Of a stretch of 64,000 nucleotides of DNA, positions 59,750 to 64,000 are shown piece by piece. Under the pieces are notes generated by a model. It was not told where the DNA came from, did no database searches, and was given only the letters and a program-made list of their open reading frames with translations. Position 1 is the stretch's first letter, and each line of letters begins with the position of its first letter. Location of the stretch: the NCBI GenBank assembly GCA_004212155.1, contig RXIG01000001.1, forward strand, positions 64,001 through 128,000, written 5' to 3'. The stretch is from an archaeon. Lineage in GTDB: Archaea; Methanobacteriota_B; Thermococci; Methanofastidiosales; NM3. The translations under genes and the position numbers were made by a program.

Positions 59750-59940
59750 TTATATTTTCGCATGATATTTCTTTGCCTTGTTTACGATTTCAACGTTGAT
59801 CTGTTCCTTTTTTTGGTAGAGCACGTCTTTTAGGCGCGATTCAACATCTTCAACTAGCACACCTCGACGGTATGTGGGACACCATATGGGTTGGTATCTA
59901 TGTTGAATACGACCGTAGATTTACGTTTCCATCGTTGGCA
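59750..59940 (-). pseudogene. tnpA: IS200 TnpA N-terminal fragment (frameshifted, truncated)
   Basis: RWKRKSTVVFNI, frameshift, then IWCPTYRRGVLVEDVESRLKDVL; HUH motif and catalytic Tyr missing. Confidence 0.8.
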
Positions 59941-60090
59941 AGGCACAATGGATATACGATAATTTCCTTATTAAATAATAAGAAAAAAAATGACCAATAT
60001 TAAGACAAGCATATGTGAAAAAGAACAAAAATCATTCATCCCCCTGCAAAAGGCCGTGGGCTTTCTGGTAAAACTAGCGTACGGCGGGCG

Positions 60091-60594
60091 TCACTCGAGG
60101 ACGTCCTTGTCGATGATCTCGTCAGGCGTGATCACCGATATGCCCGTTCTGTTGCCAAGGATCTCCACCTTGACGATCTTTTTCGGATAATCGAGATTCA
60201 CGACAGCCCCCAGTTCGTCGACGATGCGCGCCCCGAGCTCGCGTTCGATATCCTTTGACGAGGACACCTTGTTGCCCCTGCGCTTGCAGCGCACGGCAAA
60301 CGCCTCCCCTTCGGCGATGCGTTCACGCGCCATCTCAAATCCTTGTTCGATGATGCGCCCCTTGTCGGTGGGGATCATCTCATCGAGCGGTATGGCGCGG
60401 TGGATGGCAGTGGTCTCGTACGCGCGTATCGCCTCCAGGGCAGCATCACGCTCCATGGGAACGGTGACGAGGATGACGCCCGGATACGGCGTCCGCTTCA
60501 CCTTCGCATCCTCTCCGAACGCCCATTCAAGCTCCCACATCGCGTCGAACTGCCGATAGAGGGGCGATGTCACGAGAAAGTACATGGTAGCCAT
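60091..60594 (-). CDS. THUMP-domain RNA-binding protein
   Basis: FAVRCKRRG, SKDIERELG, VNLDYP. Confidence 0.88.
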   Translation of the reverse strand: MATMYFLVTSPLYRQFDAMWELEWAFGEDAKVKRTPYPGVILVTVPMERDAALEAIRAYETTAIHRAIPLDEMIPTDKGRIIEQGFEMARERIAEGEAFAVRCKRRGNKVSSSKDIERELGARIVDELGAVVNLDYPKKIVKVEILGNRTGISVITPDEIIDKDVLE

Positions 60595-60610
60595 GGTGGT
60601 TCACATGCAT

Positions 60611-61843
60611 TTATTTTTTCCGTCTGAGGGCGGCCTGGCGGTGTGATTCGAGTCCCTCGGCCTTGGCGAGTTCCGCCACGATGTCGGCGATGAAGTCGGG
60701 CGAGGTGATCTTCTGGTAGGTCTGTATCTTCAGGAAGCTAAACACGGAAAGACCGCCCGTGAAGCGTGCGCATCCGCCAGTGGGCAGGATGTGGTTCGTA
60801 CCCGACGCATAGTCACCGAAGCTCTCGGCCGAGTTCTTCCCGAGGAAGAGCGAACCGTAGTGCTTGAGGGATTCGGCGGCGTGCTGTTCGTTTTCGACCT
60901 GGAGCTCCACGTGCTCTGGCGCCTTCTTGTTGGCGATGTCAAACGCCTCTTGCAGGTCATCGACGATCAGGATCATGCTGTTTTCAAGCGATTGTTCGGC
61001 GATCTCTCGCGTAGGGAGCACCTTGAGCTGTTCCCCCACCTCGCGAACGACCTCCTTGGCGATGCCGTCATCGGTCGTGATGAGATGCGCCTGCGCCATG
61101 GGGTCGTGTTCAGCCTGTGATATCATGTCGGCGGCGATGAGACCAGGGTCGCCCGACGAATCGGCGATGATGAGCACCTCGCTCGGACCGGCGAGGAAAT
61201 CAATGCCCACGTCGCCGTAGACCATGCGCTTCGCAGCGGTCACGTACTTGTTGCCAGGGCCGACGATCATGTGGACGCGCGGTACCGTCTCGGTGCCGTA
61301 TGCCATGGCGGCGATCGCCTGGACGCCGCCCATGGAAAATATCCTGTCAGCGCCTGCGATGTCGGCGGCGATGATTGTCTCGTCCTTGATCTTTGGCGAA
61401 CATACCACGATCTTGTCGACGCCCGCCACCCGCGCGGGGGTGATCGACATGAGGGCCGACGAGGGGAGGGGATACCTCCCACCGGGAACGTAACATCCGA
61501 CGACCTCGACGGGTATGATCTTCTGGCCCAGGATGCTCCACTGCGTCGTGAGCTCGAAGTCCTTGAGCGAAGCCATCTGTATCTCTGCGAACTCCTTGAT
61601 GTGTTCATGGGCGGAGCGTATCGCCTCGATGACCTTGTCATCGACCGCCTCATAGGCCCTCTTCTTGTCCTCGCCCGTTATCTCGAGGGTAGGGGGCTCT
61701 ATCTTGTCAAACTTCTTGGTGTATGCCCGTACGGCGGCATCACCCTGCGCGCGGACATCCCTGATGATGTCGTGCACGACCTCTATGTCCTCAAGCGGCG
61801 TTATGTCGAAAAACGACGATGGGACCTCTCGCATTATCTTCAT
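60611..61843 (-). CDS. hisD: Histidinol dehydrogenase
   Basis: YVPGG, GPGNKYV, AGPSE, QAEHD, APEH, GDYASGTNHILPT. Confidence 0.96.
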   Translation of the reverse strand: MKIMREVPSSFFDITPLEDIEVVHDIIRDVRAQGDAAVRAYTKKFDKIEPPTLEITGEDKKRAYEAVDDKVIEAIRSAHEHIKEFAEIQMASLKDFELTTQWSILGQKIIPVEVVGCYVPGGRYPLPSSALMSITPARVAGVDKIVVCSPKIKDETIIAADIAGADRIFSMGGVQAIAAMAYGTETVPRVHMIVGPGNKYVTAAKRMVYGDVGIDFLAGPSEVLIIADSSGDPGLIAADMISQAEHDPMAQAHLITTDDGIAKEVVREVGEQLKVLPTREIAEQSLENSMILIVDDLQEAFDIANKKAPEHVELQVENEQHAAESLKHYGSLFLGKNSAESFGDYASGTNHILPTGGCARFTGGLSVFSFLKIQTYQKITSPDFIADIVAELAKAEGLESHRQAALRRKK

Positions 61844-63069
61844 TTTCTTCTCCCCCTTAGTTCGTTCACTATCTCATGGGGTGCTATGCCCTTGCTGGCC
61901 ATGAGCACCAGTAAGAAGTATGTGATGTCGGCTATCTCCCATACAAGATTTGCCCTGTCTGTATAATTAATTATCTCCTGGGACTCCTCGGCGATCTTGG
62001 CCATGATCGCACGCTCGTCCTTCGAGAGCCGGTAAGTGTAGGAACCCTCGTCTCCCGATGCCACGCGGGCCATCAGCGTCTCGTAAAGGTCGCCAAGCTC
62101 GAATCCCTTGTCGCCGAAGCACGAGTAGCTGCCCGTGTGGCACGCCACGCCCTTCTGTTGCACCGTGAAAAGCAGCGTGTCGCGGTCGCAGTCGTAGCGC
62201 ACGGCAAGCAGCTCCTGCGTGTTCCCCGACTCCTCTCCTTTGACCCACAGGCGTGCTCGTGAGCGCGAGTAGTACGTACCGCGCCCCGTGTCAAGCGCGC
62301 GTGCGAGTGATGCAGGGCTAGAGTATGCCATCATGAGCACGGTGCCGCGCGTGTCCTGCACGATCGTTGGCACCAGGCCGCCGCTCTTGTCGAAATCGAT
62401 GATGGCACACATCGCCTCAGTGAGCGAGAGCGCCCCCGTGTAGACGGCCATGCCTATCTGGGAGTCTGCGCCCATCTCCTCGAGCGCGCGCACCTCGTCG
62501 ACGGTGGTGATGCCGCCGGCGACGGTAAGCGACATGCCATCGGGCACGGCCGCGCGTATCTCCCGGGCGACCTCGAGGTCGACGCCCTCCATCTTCCCCT
62601 CGATCTCGACGTTGGTGAAGAGGAACCCTCCACAGAGGTCCTTGACCTCGTCGATTCGTTTGGCTGTCGCGACGCCTGTGTCGTGCTGCCATCCCTTGTC
62701 TGTGATCAGGCCCTTCCTGCTGTCGATGGCCACGATGACGTCCTCCTTCCTGAAGTTGCTCAGGAATTCCGGGGTCGCAGCAGTGCCGATGATGATGCGC
62801 GTTGCGCCGCCCTTGAGCAGTTCGGTCGCACGCTCGACGGTGCGTATGCCACCGCCCACGCGGCAGTCGGCGACCTTCATGATCTCCTTGATCGTCTCGA
62901 TGTTGTCTCCGCGCCCCATGGCAGCGTCAAGATCGATGACGGCGATCTCGCCGTAACGGCGAAATGTCCTGGCCAGTTCGATGACGTCGTCACGCTCAAG
63001 CTTCTTTTCCCTGCCCTGCACGAGCTGGACCGCCTTTCCGTCCATGAGGTCGATGCTTGGGATGATCAT
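61840..63069 (-). CDS. HisA-HisI-HisE fusion protein
   Basis: Start ATG 63069: IIPSIDL, IDLDAA, VGGGIR (HisA-like); SRSR..LW.KGEESG, DCDRD, CHTG..SCF (HisI); SYT, KIAEE, WEIAD (HisE). Confidence 0.9.
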   Translation of the reverse strand: MIIPSIDLMDGKAVQLVQGREKKLERDDVIELARTFRRYGEIAVIDLDAAMGRGDNIETIKEIMKVADCRVGGGIRTVERATELLKGGATRIIIGTAATPEFLSNFRKEDVIVAIDSRKGLITDKGWQHDTGVATAKRIDEVKDLCGGFLFTNVEIEGKMEGVDLEVAREIRAAVPDGMSLTVAGGITTVDEVRALEEMGADSQIGMAVYTGALSLTEAMCAIIDFDKSGGLVPTIVQDTRGTVLMMAYSSPASLARALDTGRGTYYSRSRARLWVKGEESGNTQELLAVRYDCDRDTLLFTVQQKGVACHTGSYSCFGDKGFELGDLYETLMARVASGDEGSYTYRLSKDERAIMAKIAEESQEIINYTDRANLVWEIADITYFLLVLMASKGIAPHEIVNELRGRRK

Positions 63070-63821
63070 CGTCGCACCTCCAGTCCCCGTTTCGCGAGGT
63101 AGTCCTTGACGTCGCCGACAGTGTATGTGCCGTAGTGGAATATCGATGCAGCAAGCGCCGCATCGGCGCCCCCCACCGCGAGCGCATCGTAGATCGACGA
63201 GAGCGATCCCGCCCCTCCCGAGGCGATGATCGGTATGGAGAGCGCATCTTGGGCAGCACTGAGCAGCTCGAGGTCGTAGCCCTCCTTCGTGCCGTCGCAG
63301 TCCATCGAGGTGAGAAGGATCTCGCCTGCGCCGCGGGCCTCGACATCCTCCATCCACTTGATGGCGTCGATGCCGGTGGCCGTGCGTCCGCCGTGTATGT
63401 AGACCTCCCAGCCCTCTCCCGAGCGTTTGGCATCGACGGCGACGACGATGCACTGGCTGCCGAAGTAGCGCGACGTCTCGTTGACGAGCGTCGGGTCGTC
63501 GACGGCGGCCGTGTTGAGCGAGACCTTGTCAGCACCCGCCTTCAGGATGCGCTCGATGGCGTCGATCGAGCGGATGCCGCCTCCGACGGTAAACGGTATG
63601 AATATCTCCCGGGCCACTCGCCCGACCATGTCAACGACGGTGTCGCGCCGCTCGTGCGACGCGGTGATGTCGAGGAAGACGAGCTCGTCGGCCCCCTGCT
63701 GGTCGTAGCGCTTCCCGAGTTCGACAGGGTCGCCGGCATCCCTGAGGCTGACGAAGTTCGTGCCTTTCACGACACGTCCGTTGTCTACATCAAGGCACGG
63801 TATTATTCTCTTTGCAAGCAT
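63066..63821 (-). CDS. hisF: Imidazole glycerol phosphate synthase cyclase subunit
   Basis: [48 protein letters not shown]. Confidence 0.97.
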   Translation of the reverse strand: MLAKRIIPCLDVDNGRVVKGTNFVSLRDAGDPVELGKRYDQQGADELVFLDITASHERRDTVVDMVGRVAREIFIPFTVGGGIRSIDAIERILKAGADKVSLNTAAVDDPTLVNETSRYFGSQCIVVAVDAKRSGEGWEVYIHGGRTATGIDAIKWMEDVEARGAGEILLTSMDCDGTKEGYDLELLSAAQDALSIPIIASGGAGSLSSIYDALAVGGADAALAASIFHYGTYTVGDVKDYLAKRGLEVRR

Positions 63822-64000
63822 GATAACCACCATTGAAGCAGTGAGAGGCCGTAGGGGCCGCTCTTTTCCGGGTGAAACTGAAACGCCGTCATCGTCCCCG
63901 TGCGTACCGCCGCGATGAACGTGCCGTGATAGTCCGACGTTGCGATCGCGTGGGATGATGAGGCAATGCGGTATGAGTTGACGTAGTATGCCCATCCCTC
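63803..64000 (-). CDS. hisH: Imidazole glycerol phosphate synthase glutaminase subunit, 3' part
   Basis: Not in ORF track; manual translation ..AYYVNSY...[15 protein letters not shown]..., overlapping the hisF start. Confidence 0.92.
   Translation of the reverse strand, partial: EGWAYYVNSYRIASSSHAIATSDYHGTFIAAVRTGTMTAFQFHPEKSGPYGLSLLQWWLSCLQRE

Larger units (their letters stand above)
59354..60067 (-). mobile_element. Decayed, internally deleted IS200/IS605-family element
   Basis: Minus strand: left end TTAC|CAGAAAGCCCACGGCC...GGGGGATGAAT; right-end hairpin GAACCCCACTATTTCAGTGGTGGGAGTACGTCA; tnpA and tnpB fragments between them. Confidence 0.82.

Noticed and set aside
63070-63453. N-terminal extension of the HisAIE ORF (possible HisF fusion)
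   Set aside because: Different frame from hisF; the real start at 63069 overlaps the hisF stop
1-64000. Sec/Pyl read-through or programmed frameshifts
   Set aside because: Recognised genes appear full length; no in-frame TGA/TAG splitting a conserved domain was seen outside the IS relic (checked by eye only)

Overview
Mostly GC-rich, gene-dense archaeal chromosomal window. Archaeal markers include GatDE with a non-discriminating GluRS, L40e, Tsr3, GGGP synthase, type-2 IDI, ABCE1/Rli1 and an intron-containing tRNA-Leu(CAA). An atwA-mcrC pair and cofG/cofH point to an MCR-bearing, F420-making euryarchaeote; a Methanofastidiosales/Thermococci-related lineage is plausible but is inference only. 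Most genes are housekeeping (translation, His biosynthesis, lipids, transport). Points of interest: (i) a coupled atwA-mcrC-soluble P-type-ATPase-like HAD-EamA operon, divergent from feoA/feoB, with two perfect TTAGG-N4-CCTAA palindromes; (ii) bacterial-type enzymes (type II pantothenate kinase in an OPT-PanK-aminopeptidase operon, MetK, RibA/RibD beside cofGH); (iii) a 46-aa ribbon-helix-helix ORF missing from the track, abutting a 1089-aa FN3/Ig surface protein, with candidate operators; (iv) a decayed, internally deleted IS200/IS605 element whose right end overlaps the trkH stop codon; (v) a HisA-HisI-HisE fusion. No CRISPR array, rRNA, reverse transcriptase or intact integrase was seen. 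All calls come from motif recognition by eye, without database searches.
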